Of a stretch of DNA of 16,242 nucleotides, positions 6,795-16,000 are shown in pieces (the first letter of the stretch is position 1; each line of letters opens with the position of its first letter). Source of the stretch: an uncultured euryarchaeote (GTDB lineage: Archaea; Thermoplasmatota; Poseidoniia; Poseidoniales; Thalassarchaeaceae); the NCBI GenBank assembly GCA_937144695.1, contig CAKZRH010000078.1:1-16242 (forward strand), read 5' to 3'. Under the pieces are notes generated by a model. That model did no database searches and was not told the DNA's origin. It was given only the letters and a program-made list of their open reading frames with translations. The translations under genes and the position numbers were made by a program.

Positions 6795-7113
6795 ACTCAC
6801 TTGTTGCTTCTGTAAGCATAGTACCTAGTATAGCAAATGCTCCAATCATTATCCCCAAAATGAAAAACCAAAGTCCTGAATCAAATACTCCTTCAAAAAT
6901 TGGCAGAATGCTAGAGACTACCGGTAAGTCACTTCCTGGAAATAATACTCCATATAATACTAGAAAAATTACTGTTATTACAAATCCTAAAATAAATAGT
7001 ATCCATGAAGCCGCTGGTTCATTTTCACCTTCAATGAATTCACTAATATATTCATGATTCTCATTTTCCATGATTACATCCCAACTGCTGACTATGTTGT
7101 TACCACTAATCAT
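6793..7113 (-). CDS. small membrane protein (106 aa, acidic N-terminus plus 2 TM helices)
   Basis: ATG start. Two clear hydrophobic helices are present (WILFILGFVITVIFLVLYGVLF and LWFFILGIMIGAFAILGTML). It is tightly coupled to the downstream 13-TM gene. Confidence 0.65.
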   Translation of the reverse strand: MISGNNIVSSWDVIMENENHEYISEFIEGENEPAASWILFILGFVITVIFLVLYGVLFPGSDLPVVSSILPIFEGVFDSGLWFFILGIMIGAFAILGTMLTEATSE

Positions 7114-7152
7114 CCGGACTTAAGCATTAGGAGAAAGGATGGGTCGTACTTG

Positions 7153-8286
7153 CTAAGGTGCGCGTAAATTTTCAATATTGTCACCTCTTCTGAATACACC
7201 ATTTCCTAAAGGAGTAGGGAGACTAAAAAATGAATCTATTTCTTCTTTCCAGACTAATTTACAGGAGCAATCGATACCAGAGAATTCTCTATTGTCGCCA
7301 GAAATCGAGAAATTTTCTATTGCCTTAATTATTGAATCATCACACTTACCACAATTATGAGCACCACGAATTTTTCCACCTGCTGTTGGATGAACAATTA
7401 ATCTACAATCTAAATCAGAAATTTTTTCATTTGAACGAACTATCATTTCTACAAGTGACCATAACCAAGGTGGTCTGTACTCTCGGTTACGAAAGATTCT
7501 TTCTACTACCGTCTTTTTCTGGATATTCATTGGATTTACAGAAATTTCATCACAATAAGGAGCTATTTTACTAATCCATGAAACAGTGTGGTGTAGTGAA
7601 TCTCCTTCAGACATGAATGGTGGTTTGAATAGTAAATACGTCTTCACATTAAGACTATTTTCTCTGAGTAAATCTACTGCTTTATGCCATTGTTTTATCG
7701 TAAATCCTTTATTGACATGAAAACGTAAAGATTTATCATCATATGCCTCTAATCCTATGGCAACTGTACAATTTGGATTTAGTTTCGCTAGCCAAGAGAT
7801 TTTTTCTGGTTTACACATCTGAGCTTGTGCCTCAACTATTAGATGGATATTTCTTTCATAAGTTTCTCTTAGTACTGCTTCTTGCCATTCAACCGGATTT
7901 TCCCTATCTTCGAAGAAAGTCCCAGATGTGTAAACCTTAATCATTTTACAGCCCTCAAAATCGTTTGTCTGTCTTCTTGCTTCTTCCCATTGAGAAAACA
8001 TATTTTCGGTAGTTACATCATCTCTTACATCATTAAAATAACCACAAAAAGTACAACCAGATTTCCACCACCACGCGCATCCCTTAGTCCTAAGAATAAC
8101 TGTTGCAGCGGTACAAATTTCTCCATTTGGTAGAATCTCAGGAGTTTTGTATACTGTTACTGGTTTATTGGCATCCCAAGATTCTCTAATTTTAATGGAT
8201 TCAGGACTATTCTCAGGGGCTTTGATTAAATGATGAAGTTTCACAGTTTTTGTTCCAGAACCGATGATACCACAAGCATTGCCCAT
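7153..8286 (-). CDS. radical SAM-type Fe-S enzyme, COG1244/TIGR01210-like (possible archaeosine-synthesis RaSEA homologue)
   Basis: The Cys triad in LRTKGCAWWWKSGCTFCGYF (C-x7-C-x2-C, 8044-8079) precedes a TIM-barrel-like core. A second four-Cys cluster, CGKC...CSC, lies at 7261-7353. The RTxGC...GCxxCGY pattern matches my recollection of the archaeal COG1244 family. Confidence 0.8.
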   Translation of the reverse strand: MGNACGIIGSGTKTVKLHHLIKAPENSPESIKIRESWDANKPVTVYKTPEILPNGEICTAATVILRTKGCAWWWKSGCTFCGYFNDVRDDVTTENMFSQWEEARRQTNDFEGCKMIKVYTSGTFFEDRENPVEWQEAVLRETYERNIHLIVEAQAQMCKPEKISWLAKLNPNCTVAIGLEAYDDKSLRFHVNKGFTIKQWHKAVDLLRENSLNVKTYLLFKPPFMSEGDSLHHTVSWISKIAPYCDEISVNPMNIQKKTVVERIFRNREYRPPWLWSLVEMIVRSNEKISDLDCRLIVHPTAGGKIRGAHNCGKCDDSIIKAIENFSISGDNREFSGIDCSCKLVWKEEIDSFFSLPTPLGNGVFRRGDNIENLRAP

Positions 8287-8394
8287 GGCACTCGTTTGAA
8301 TAATTACATTTCATACTAACTAATAAAATTGATTTTTTTTAAATTTTTTTTGAAAAATTAACTGCCTAAGCTACACTTAGTTTAATAGATTACA

Positions 8395-8404
8395 ATAAAA
8401 TAAG
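8395..8404 (+). promoter_or_regulatory. candidate TATA box (AATAAAATAA) for the MFS gene
   Basis: It lies in the AT-rich divergent intergenic region, centred about 30 nt upstream of ATG 8430. No SD motif is present. An alternative box, TTTAATAG, lies at 8381-8388. Confidence 0.3.
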
Positions 8405-8429
8405 ATACACGATTCGTGAGAAAGATAAG

Positions 8430-10208
8430 ATGAGTTTTGGTACATTAGAAAACTTTTCATATCAACAAAATAAAGAGTTAAGAAGCTGGTATTGGTATGA
8501 TTGGGCGAATCAATCATTTGCACTCACAGTAAGTACAATATTGGCTCCGGCTTTGATCTCTAGATATTATGATCTAGCAACGGGTGGAGGGTCCAATCTT
8601 GGTGGAGTAGTAATTACAGGAGATAGTTTCTATGCTATTGTATTGGGTTTTTCGATGATGTTTGTAGCAATTACAAGTCCCGTTTTAGGAGCAATTGCTG
8701 ATAGAGTACCAATAAAGAAAAAGATTATTTGGGTTTATACAATAATCGGAATAATATTTACTGCATTGATGGGTTTAACTCCGCATCTAGGTGAAGATTC
8801 AAATTTCAAATATCTAGCTTTATTCTTCATTATGGGGCAAATTGGATTTTCTGGGGCGAATACAATCTATTATGCATTTATGCCCTATCTTTCGGATAAA
8901 GAAAATATGGATCATGTCTCTAGCTGGGGATATGCGTATGGTTTCATCGGTGGATCATTAATTTTGATTTTACATTTAATTGTACTAGAATTTGCTGAAA
9001 ATAATAATTGGGCATTATCTTTTGTATTTGTTTCAACCGCATTGTGGTGGTTAATATTTGGGTTGCCATTTTTCAAAAATACCCCAGAACCTAAAATCCA
9101 AAATGAAGTTGCGTATGAGTCGATTGCTGATGCAGTAAAAAATGGTTTTTTAGAAGTAGTAAATTCCTTCAAAGAAATTAAAAAATATAAACAGTTAGCG
9201 ATTTTTCTTCTAGCTTATTTGTTATTCTATGATGGTATAAATACGATAGGTGGTTTAGCTGCTGCATTTGCAGAATCTGTTCTCCGATTAAGTCAACAAA
9301 TGAATTTCGTTTTGATTTTATTAGTAAATATTATTGCAATTCCAATGTCAATAGTCGGAGGAAAATTAGCAATGAAGTTTGGAACAAAAAGGGTTCTTGG
9401 ATGGGCCCTAGGAGTATACCTTTTCACAGCAACTGTAGCCATAGGATTTGCTCCTTTGGAGTTAAATGATGACTACGAACGTTATGATTTTCAATATCAG
9501 TATAATGAACAAGAAAATCAATATGAACTAGATACTCTGTATGACAGAGGGGTCAAAGGATGGGTGAGTAAATCGGGAGAAGGTGATGAGAAATTTAGAG
9601 ATGCATTCATGATTTACTTGATTGATGGGCAAATAGAGGGGATTCGGTGGCAAAATTCTGATATTGAAAGAAATATAATCTCAGTTGATGAGGGTATGAG
9701 GTTAGTAACTGCCATGGAAAATATGACAGATCATAGATTTTCATTCTATTTCATGGGCGGCATTCTAAATTCTCAAAAATCTGTGGGAGATAAGCATCCA
9801 ACAATAATTGAAGGAGGGATGTTGGATTTCTGGCCAAATTTTCTAAGAGATAATGTTTGGAAGCCATTAAATTTTGGTGTTAATCTTCAATGGGTTCTTC
9901 TTGGAACCATGGTAGGAATGGTTATGGGCACTGCAGGAGCTCAAGCTAGAAGCTTATTTTCTATGTTAGTTCCAAAAACAAAGACTGCAGAATTTTTCGG
10001 TTTCTTTGGATTTATGGGAAAGGCTGCAGCAGTTTTTGGTCCCTTTATTTATGCTTTAACTGCATCTTCTTTGGATAGCAGGGTCGGTCTTATGTCAATA
10101 CTACTTGTAATTGTTCTAGGATGGATTTTATTCCCATTTATTAATATTGAAGAAGGAATTAGAGTAGCTAAGCAGGTCGATGAGGGGACAGGGACTGTGG
10201 AGGAATAA
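8430..10208 (+). CDS. MFS transporter, UMF1 / Atg22-like family, with large extra loop domain
   Basis: The N-terminal signature SWYWYDWANQSFALTV is the WxxYDWANS motif typical of the UMF1/Atg22 family. I predict 12 TM helices in a 6+6 arrangement. About 140 hydrophilic residues are inserted between TM9 and TM10. Confidence 0.85.
   Translation: MSFGTLENFSYQQNKELRSWYWYDWANQSFALTVSTILAPALISRYYDLATGGGSNLGGVVITGDSFYAIVLGFSMMFVAITSPVLGAIADRVPIKKKIIWVYTIIGIIFTALMGLTPHLGEDSNFKYLALFFIMGQIGFSGANTIYYAFMPYLSDKENMDHVSSWGYAYGFIGGSLILILHLIVLEFAENNNWALSFVFVSTALWWLIFGLPFFKNTPEPKIQNEVAYESIADAVKNGFLEVVNSFKEIKKYKQLAIFLLAYLLFYDGINTIGGLAAAFAESVLRLSQQMNFVLILLVNIIAIPMSIVGGKLAMKFGTKRVLGWALGVYLFTATVAIGFAPLELNDDYERYDFQYQYNEQENQYELDTLYDRGVKGWVSKSGEGDEKFRDAFMIYLIDGQIEGIRWQNSDIERNIISVDEGMRLVTAMENMTDHRFSFYFMGGILNSQKSVGDKHPTIIEGGMLDFWPNFLRDNVWKPLNFGVNLQWVLLGTMVGMVMGTAGAQARSLFSMLVPKTKTAEFFGFFGFMGKAAAVFGPFIYALTASSLDSRVGLMSILLVIVLGWILFPFINIEEGIRVAKQVDEGTGTVEE
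10199..10203 (+). promoter_or_regulatory. Shine-Dalgarno-like GGAGG for the acyltransferase gene
   Basis: GGAGG lies within the last codons of the MFS gene, 10 nt upstream of ATG 10214. Confidence 0.5.
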
Positions 10209-10213
10209 TTTAA

Positions 10214-10921
10214 ATGAAGTATTTTAGTTTAGTGCAGCATTCCCTTTCAATAATTGTAATGGCTTTCTTCGGAATTTTAATTGGAGTAGCAATGGTTCCT
10301 TCGTATTTTTTATTCTATGAAATCACTGCATTAACAAAAAATAATGGATTTATTTTAGAGGTTTTAGGAATTTGCATTAGTGTAGGACTAGGGTATATTT
10401 TGTGGGGTATTAGTATTCTGCTAATTTGTGGTTTTTGGGGTATGTTATTTAAGATAAGGAAAAAGGAAGGTAGATATCCGCTAAGATCATTCATATCAAT
10501 TCAATGGGCATTTGGAATAGTTTCTCACAGAATTGCAATGTTATTTCTGAAATTGGTACTTCCATCCTTTGTTGGTAATTTATATTATCGAATGATGGGA
10601 GCGAAGATTGGAAATAACGTACAAATAGTATCTGATTCCATAAATGACGCCGCAATGATTTCAATAGGAGATAATGTGGTTATAGGAGGAAGAGCGACAA
10701 TTAACGGGCATCTAGTTGAGAGGGGTGAGATAGTATTGGCGCCGGTGAAAATAGGAAATAATGCCTTGATTGGAGGTGGATGTATTATTCAACCCGGTAG
10801 TATTATTGGAGAAGGTGCAGTAATTGCTTCTAGAGCCGTGGTTCCAAAATGGTCCAATATTCCAGATGGAGAGGTTTGGGGCGGAATTCCTGCAAAATTT
10901 ATTAAGAAGCTTGAAGATTAG
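10214..10921 (+). CDS. membrane-anchored hexapeptide-repeat (left-handed beta-helix) acyl/acetyltransferase
   Basis: The N-terminal ~115 aa contain 3-4 hydrophobic helices. The C-terminal half is made of [LIV]-G-x4 hexapeptide repeats (KIGNNV, SIGDNV, VIGGRA, KIGNNA, LIGGGC, IIGEGA, VIASRA). It ends in VWGGIPAKFIKK, typical of LbH acetyltransferases. Confidence 0.85.
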   Translation: MKYFSLVQHSLSIIVMAFFGILIGVAMVPSYFLFYEITALTKNNGFILEVLGICISVGLGYILWGISILLICGFWGMLFKIRKKEGRYPLRSFISIQWAFGIVSHRIAMLFLKLVLPSFVGNLYYRMMGAKIGNNVQIVSDSINDAAMISIGDNVVIGGRATINGHLVERGEIVLAPVKIGNNALIGGGCIIQPGSIIGEGAVIASRAVVPKWSNIPDGEVWGGIPAKFIKKLED

Positions 10922-11544
10922 TCAGTACTCTTATCTTTTTTATCTTTAGATACTTCTTTTGCCGCTTCGATTGCTTCTTCCATTCTATCTTTGAATAAAT
11001 CGCCTTTCTCAGCTACTTCTTTAGCAAAATCCATAGCTCTAGTAATCATTTTTTCTCTCTCTTCTGTAGCTTTGTTAAGGTCTTCCCAAAGTTGCATATG
11101 TTGAGTATACCAATCGTCTCTAGCAGTTAATTCTGACTGTGCTGTTTTATTTTGCTCATCTAATTCTTCAGCTATTTCAAATACTCTACCCACTCTAGCT
11201 TTGGATTGAGCCAACAATTCTTCAGTAGTCTCTAATTTAGGCTCCAAATACTCTATTCTCTTCTGGGACTTAGCTCCTTCGAGTTCCATATCACGAATTC
11301 GGTTATCTTTCTCTGAAAGTAAAGATTCGAGTCCTTCTTTTTCGATCTGTTTATCAACAATCTCTCTATTTAGAACCTCAATCTCTGTCTTTGAAGCCTG
11401 AAGTTCTTCCTCTAATTTATCATAACCAACTAAGAGTTTTTGTAATGCTTCTTTATCCTTCTCAGATTGTTCTTGTAACTGACGAATTCGGACTTCAGGC
11501 ATCACTTCGGGAGTCTCATCATCGGCAACCATCGCTATTCCCAC
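10918..11544 (-). CDS. acidic coiled-coil protein, function unknown
   Basis: 208-aa ORF rich in E/K/L/Q with heptad-like periodicity throughout. The ORF-track start is GTG 11544, and an ATG four codons in (11532) is an equally plausible start. Confidence 0.7.
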   Translation of the reverse strand: MGIAMVADDETPEVMPEVRIRQLQEQSEKDKEALQKLLVGYDKLEEELQASKTEIEVLNREIVDKQIEKEGLESLLSEKDNRIRDMELEGAKSQKRIEYLEPKLETTEELLAQSKARVGRVFEIAEELDEQNKTAQSELTARDDWYTQHMQLWEDLNKATEEREKMITRAMDFAKEVAEKGDLFKDRMEEAIEAAKEVSKDKKDKSTD

Positions 11545-11594
11545 AAGTCCATTCGATATAACCCCGGCGGATTATTTTGATAATAAATAGACAA

Positions 11595-13037
11595 TTATCT
11601 ATCATTTGATAAAGCTGATATCACAGCTGATAGTACTGTAGTTAATCTCTTACTAGCAGGAATATGTAGCTTTTCGTCTGGACCATGTGCATTATTTCCT
11701 GGGCCAGAAGTTCCGGTACAAAGGAACATTGATTTGGGATATTTGGATTGCATCATGGACATGAATGGAATGGTCCCTCCTGACCATGAAACTAGTGGTG
11801 GTAGTCCGGATAGTTCCTTAGAGGCTGATTGAATTACTTCACTAAGGATTTCATTCAATGGCGGAGCATGAAAACCATCAGATACGGAATTAGGAATAAA
11901 TTCAACTTTTGCCCCATAAGGTGGATTTTTTTCTAGGGTTTCTTTAACTTTGGAAATGGCAATATTAGCATCTACTCCTGGTGGTATTCTAAAGCTCAAA
12001 TTCAAATCAGTATTAGTTCTAAGCACATTTCCAGCATCCTTTATCGAGGGAATTCCATCAGCTCCGATTATGCATAGAGAAGGTTTCCAATTCATCCCTA
12101 TAATCATATCTAAGGTAGTTTTAGATACTGGTTTCAAAGAATTTACCGTTGGAAATTTTTCCCATAGTTTGTTATTAAGTATCTGTGCCAAATTTTCGGC
12201 CTGATTTATAATTTCGGGAGGAATTTCAGTATGAAGTTCTGGAATAAGAATTTCCCCCGTTTCCGAATTTTCTACTCTATCCAATAATATCCTTTGGATT
12301 CTAAATGAAGAAGGAATTGTTCCGCCAGAATTTCCTGAATGAATTCCTTCATCTGATACTTGAACTGAGAGCGTTCCGGAGATTAATCCTCTAAGAGCAT
12401 CAGTAGTCCAAATATGTTCATAGTCATGCCCACCACTATCTAGTACTACTACTAAATCCGGATTTCCTAAATCTATGGTTAATTTTTCTAAATATGGCGG
12501 TAAATGGAATGAACCTGACTCTTCACATGTTTCAATTAAGAAGGTACATTTTGGATGATTAATATTTTTTTCCTGAAGTAACATTATTGATGCTAGGCAG
12601 AGATATGCTCCATATCCATCGTCAACAGATCCTCTGCCATATAACCAAGGTTCTCTTCTAACTGCCTTAAGAGGATGCAGTCCTTCTGACCAAAGATCAG
12701 GATTAGATGGTTGTTTATCTAAATGGGAATAAAAAATCACTTCTCCAGGGCCCGTACCTTCTATTGAAATCAGAAGTACAGGCGATTTATGTTCAATAGT
12801 GTGAACCTCATAACTTAGACCAGAAATTTCTTGTTCTTCTACCCATTTACAAAATAATTCTATTACTGCATCTAGCTCTCCTAATTCCTTCCAATTCGGT
12901 TCAAAAAGTGGAGAAAGAGCGTGAATTTCAATAAATTCTGAAAGACTGGGTATAATTGATGATTCCCATATCTCATCACTGCGTTTATCCATGGATTGTA
13001 AATCCAACAACATATTACTAACTGAAGGTGTTTTCAT
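11595..13037 (-). CDS. M20-family metallopeptidase (dipeptidase/carboxypeptidase-like)
   Basis: Metal-ligand motifs are present: FYSHLDKQP (HxD), GRGSVDDGYG (RG..DD.G) and ETCEESGS (catalytic and metal Glu-Glu). At 480 aa, length and layout resemble CNDP/Dug1-like M20A dipeptidases. The alternative start at ATG 13013 would remove the overlap with the helicase gene. Confidence 0.9.
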   Translation of the reverse strand: MKTPSVSNMLLDLQSMDKRSDEIWESSIIPSLSEFIEIHALSPLFEPNWKELGELDAVIELFCKWVEEQEISGLSYEVHTIEHKSPVLLISIEGTGPGEVIFYSHLDKQPSNPDLWSEGLHPLKAVRREPWLYGRGSVDDGYGAYLCLASIMLLQEKNINHPKCTFLIETCEESGSFHLPPYLEKLTIDLGNPDLVVVLDSGGHDYEHIWTTDALRGLISGTLSVQVSDEGIHSGNSGGTIPSSFRIQRILLDRVENSETGEILIPELHTEIPPEIINQAENLAQILNNKLWEKFPTVNSLKPVSKTTLDMIIGMNWKPSLCIIGADGIPSIKDAGNVLRTNTDLNLSFRIPPGVDANIAISKVKETLEKNPPYGAKVEFIPNSVSDGFHAPPLNEILSEVIQSASKELSGLPPLVSWSGGTIPFMSMMQSKYPKSMFLCTGTSGPGNNAHGPDEKLHIPASKRLTTVLSAVISALSNDR

Positions 13038-16000
13038 TCAAGGATTCTTCTGTTAAATGTTTTAGATCTAATTCTGAAGATAGAGATATTTGTGCAGCCT
13101 TGATGAATATATTTTTTAATTTTGATTTAGCATGATTAAACATTTCTTCTGGATAAATTAGTAATCTACCGGTGACTCCAACTAGTAAACCCGGCAAGAG
13201 TACTTCTCTCCTAATTTTCACGGGTTTATTATTTTCAATTTTTTCTAAAACGCTATGATAAAGAGCCAATTGAAGACTATGTTCCTTCAGTAAATCATAC
13301 TCTGCCTGATTTAGAGGATTGGTCTCTTTCCTTCCTAGGGCCTCTATGAGTGTGCCTTCGTCTTCGATTACTGAATATGCTTGTGAAGTTTTCAAATCAA
13401 TTGGTCTAATAAAAGATTTAGAATTTGTTCTCGTACAGAGTACTAAATCTATAGAACCTGACATATCAATCTTTACAGAATTAATTTTTCTAACTATTTC
13501 TCTCCTATTAGGGGCCCATATAGAACGAGTTATTTGGGGAACTTCTATATGATTTGTAATAAAAAAAGGATATTCAGTTCTTAGTCCATCTACAGAATGA
13601 TTTTCAATTTCCTCTCCTGATGTTAACTTCCCAATAATTCCTGAAGAGATTCGTTGTAATATCTTAACTATAATTTCTTTTGAAATCTCATTATTCAATC
13701 CAATAGGCATTAATTCATCGAAAACTGTGGAGAGTAATGTCTCATCAACTAGTCTATTTGGAGAATATTGAGTCCATGTGGCAGGTAGATCTTGAAAATG
13801 ACTACCAATCACGTTACTTGGATTTCCTATTCCAAGCTCTAGAATTCTATGAATAATCAATCCTAGAGTAGAAGAATCTGGTAGGTTTGATTTAGAAAAT
13901 TTTTCTATTTTTTCATCCCAAACTTTTGAGGAGATATTAGAATTATCTTGAAATACAAAATTGGTAACTCCACCTTTAATCTCCAAAAAATAAGCCTCTG
14001 GATTTTGATCTATAATTGAGAGTTTATGTGGGGCAAGAGTAATTCTGGACTCTGATGAAAAATTGATATTGTTTATTTTTCTTCTAGTTTGGGTATCGTG
14101 TGCTCTCTTGTTCAGATTTATATGATTTGTAAGTGGCGAATTGATAATAATTTTTGATTTATCATCTATATTAAAGCACTCGGGATGGTGGTAAACAATC
14201 AAACTATTATTTTGTTTATCATCAGAATTAAAGCCATTATTCCATAATTCTGAGGGGTCGATGATTATTTTTGTTCCTGTTAATACTTCGGGGAAGGAAT
14301 TAGATTGAATATCATTTTGCTGTAGCCATGGACTGGAGATTTCCTTTCTTTTCCATGAAGAATGTCTAATTGCTTCTATCCACATTTGTCCTAATTGTGT
14401 TCTTGATTTACTATACTTCCAGGGAATTTCGAGTCCCTTTTTCTCGACCCATATGGTATTCTTAGGTGAGCCAACTATAATTAATTGATTCTTAGCTCGA
14501 GTAGCTGCGACATAAAGAAGTCGTCTTGCTTCTGCATCTTTTCTAGAGGAATGGATTTGTCTTGCATGTTTCCAAATGGCAGAAATGGGTTTTTCAGATG
14601 AGGACCAAGGATTTGGATTTCCGGCGAATATCTCAGGTGAGACAATTATTCTATTTTTATTTTCTAGAGTCATGGATACTTGTCTATCTGAGAATAAATC
14701 TGCTAAAATTACTACCTTTGATTCGAGTCCTTTTGACCCATGAATTGACATTAACCTTACACAATTATTATTGGTGGTAATCTTTGATTCGATTGAAATA
14801 TTTGTCTGATTTCTTATTTCCCTTATTTTATCGGCAATTACAATTTTATCTCCACCAAAATTTGAAGAAATTTGTTCTATCAAATCAATGAATTCGGATA
14901 TATCTTGAATTGATGAATCATCATTATTTGCTACCAAAATATCAGAATGATCTACAGTGTCTTCAATAATTTGAAGTAAATTTCCTGACGAAATTTGTGA
15001 AATCCATCTTTCTACTAATTTTCTTTGTCTATTGATAGTTAAATCCCTAAGTCGAGATAAAAAGTTAGTTTTTTCTTTGGGTTTAAGGAAATCCTGAAGT
15101 TGATGGTCGGTCATTCCAATTAGTGTAGATCGAGCGACCCATGCAGCTGCATTTCTTGAGTATGGTCTAGCCAGTAGTTGTATTAGTCCGTCTAAGTCAG
15201 AAATTACTGGCCTACTCAATAGAAGGCCCTCTCTGTCTGCTTGGACTGGAATACCCTGATCCCTAAGATGTCTGATAATTGGATCCCGAAGATTACTTCT
15301 ACTGGCCATTAAAATCAATATATCTGAAAAATCTATTTTCTCATTTTGTGGAATTTCTTTCCAAATTCCATCTTTATCCATAACTCTTGTAGATTTACCA
15401 GAAATTAGAGATTTCACTCTTTTTGAAATCATTATAGCTTGCCTTTCAATAGAGTTTTGTAAATGGCTTGAAAAGGGATCATGGTATGAATGTAAATCTA
15501 AATTTTCTTTGCTCTCTGGGGAGTTTTGCTGAGGACAGATCCACTCAATTATTCCTGATTTATCTTCATTTGATTCTGAGGGAAATAGATTTTGAAAGTC
15601 GGCATAATAATCAGATTTGGGAAAAAATCTATGTCTTGGAGAAAAAATATCTTCCCACCAATTATTCATTACCTTTAGTAATCCTGCACTAGTTCTGTAA
15701 TTAACTTGTAATGAGATAAGTCCTTCACTTCTTTGTTTTATCTCTTTTTCATTGGGAAAATATTCTCCTTCTGGAGAATTGAATGGTATCCACTTCTCAA
15801 TATGTTTGGAATTACTAGATGTTAATTCTGAGGCCCTGGTGATTAGAAAATTATCAGAAACTATTGAATTTCTACTGGAATCGATTCTTCTGAGAGTTGG
15901 TTTTCTAGTTAATTCTGGAATAGATCTTAATTCATCAGAATTAACACTCCTGAGGATTGTTGAAAATTTTCTAAAACCTGAGACTTCAGCTTGACGGAAT

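Noticed and set aside
6770-8133. Short plus-strand ORFs (6770-7057, 7178-7360, 7332-7574, 7743-7940, 7882-8133)
   Set aside because: They are antisense to the small membrane gene and the radical-SAM gene, have no motifs, and overlap one another in different frames.
8287-8429. AT-rich 143-nt divergent intergenic region with two T8-9 runs and small palindromes (ctaag-ctaca-cttag; aattttt/aaaaatt), considered as a replication origin or ncRNA
   Set aside because: There are no repeated ORB-like boxes, no adjacent cdc6/orc1, and the stems are only 5-7 bp of mostly A/T. It is most simply a pair of divergent promoters.
10918-11544. The coiled-coil protein as GrpE or V-type ATPase stator subunit E
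   Set aside because: It lacks the GrpE-type AEFENYRKR-like motif and a C-terminal beta domain. It is not next to dnaK/dnaJ or ATPase genes. I left it as unknown.
8912-16000. Remaining antisense ORFs (8912-9172, 11950-12204, 13319-13552, 14562-14780, 15468-15692, 15752-15994)
   Set aside because: Each is nested antisense in a motif-supported gene, is shorter than 90 aa, and has no recognisable domain or start context.
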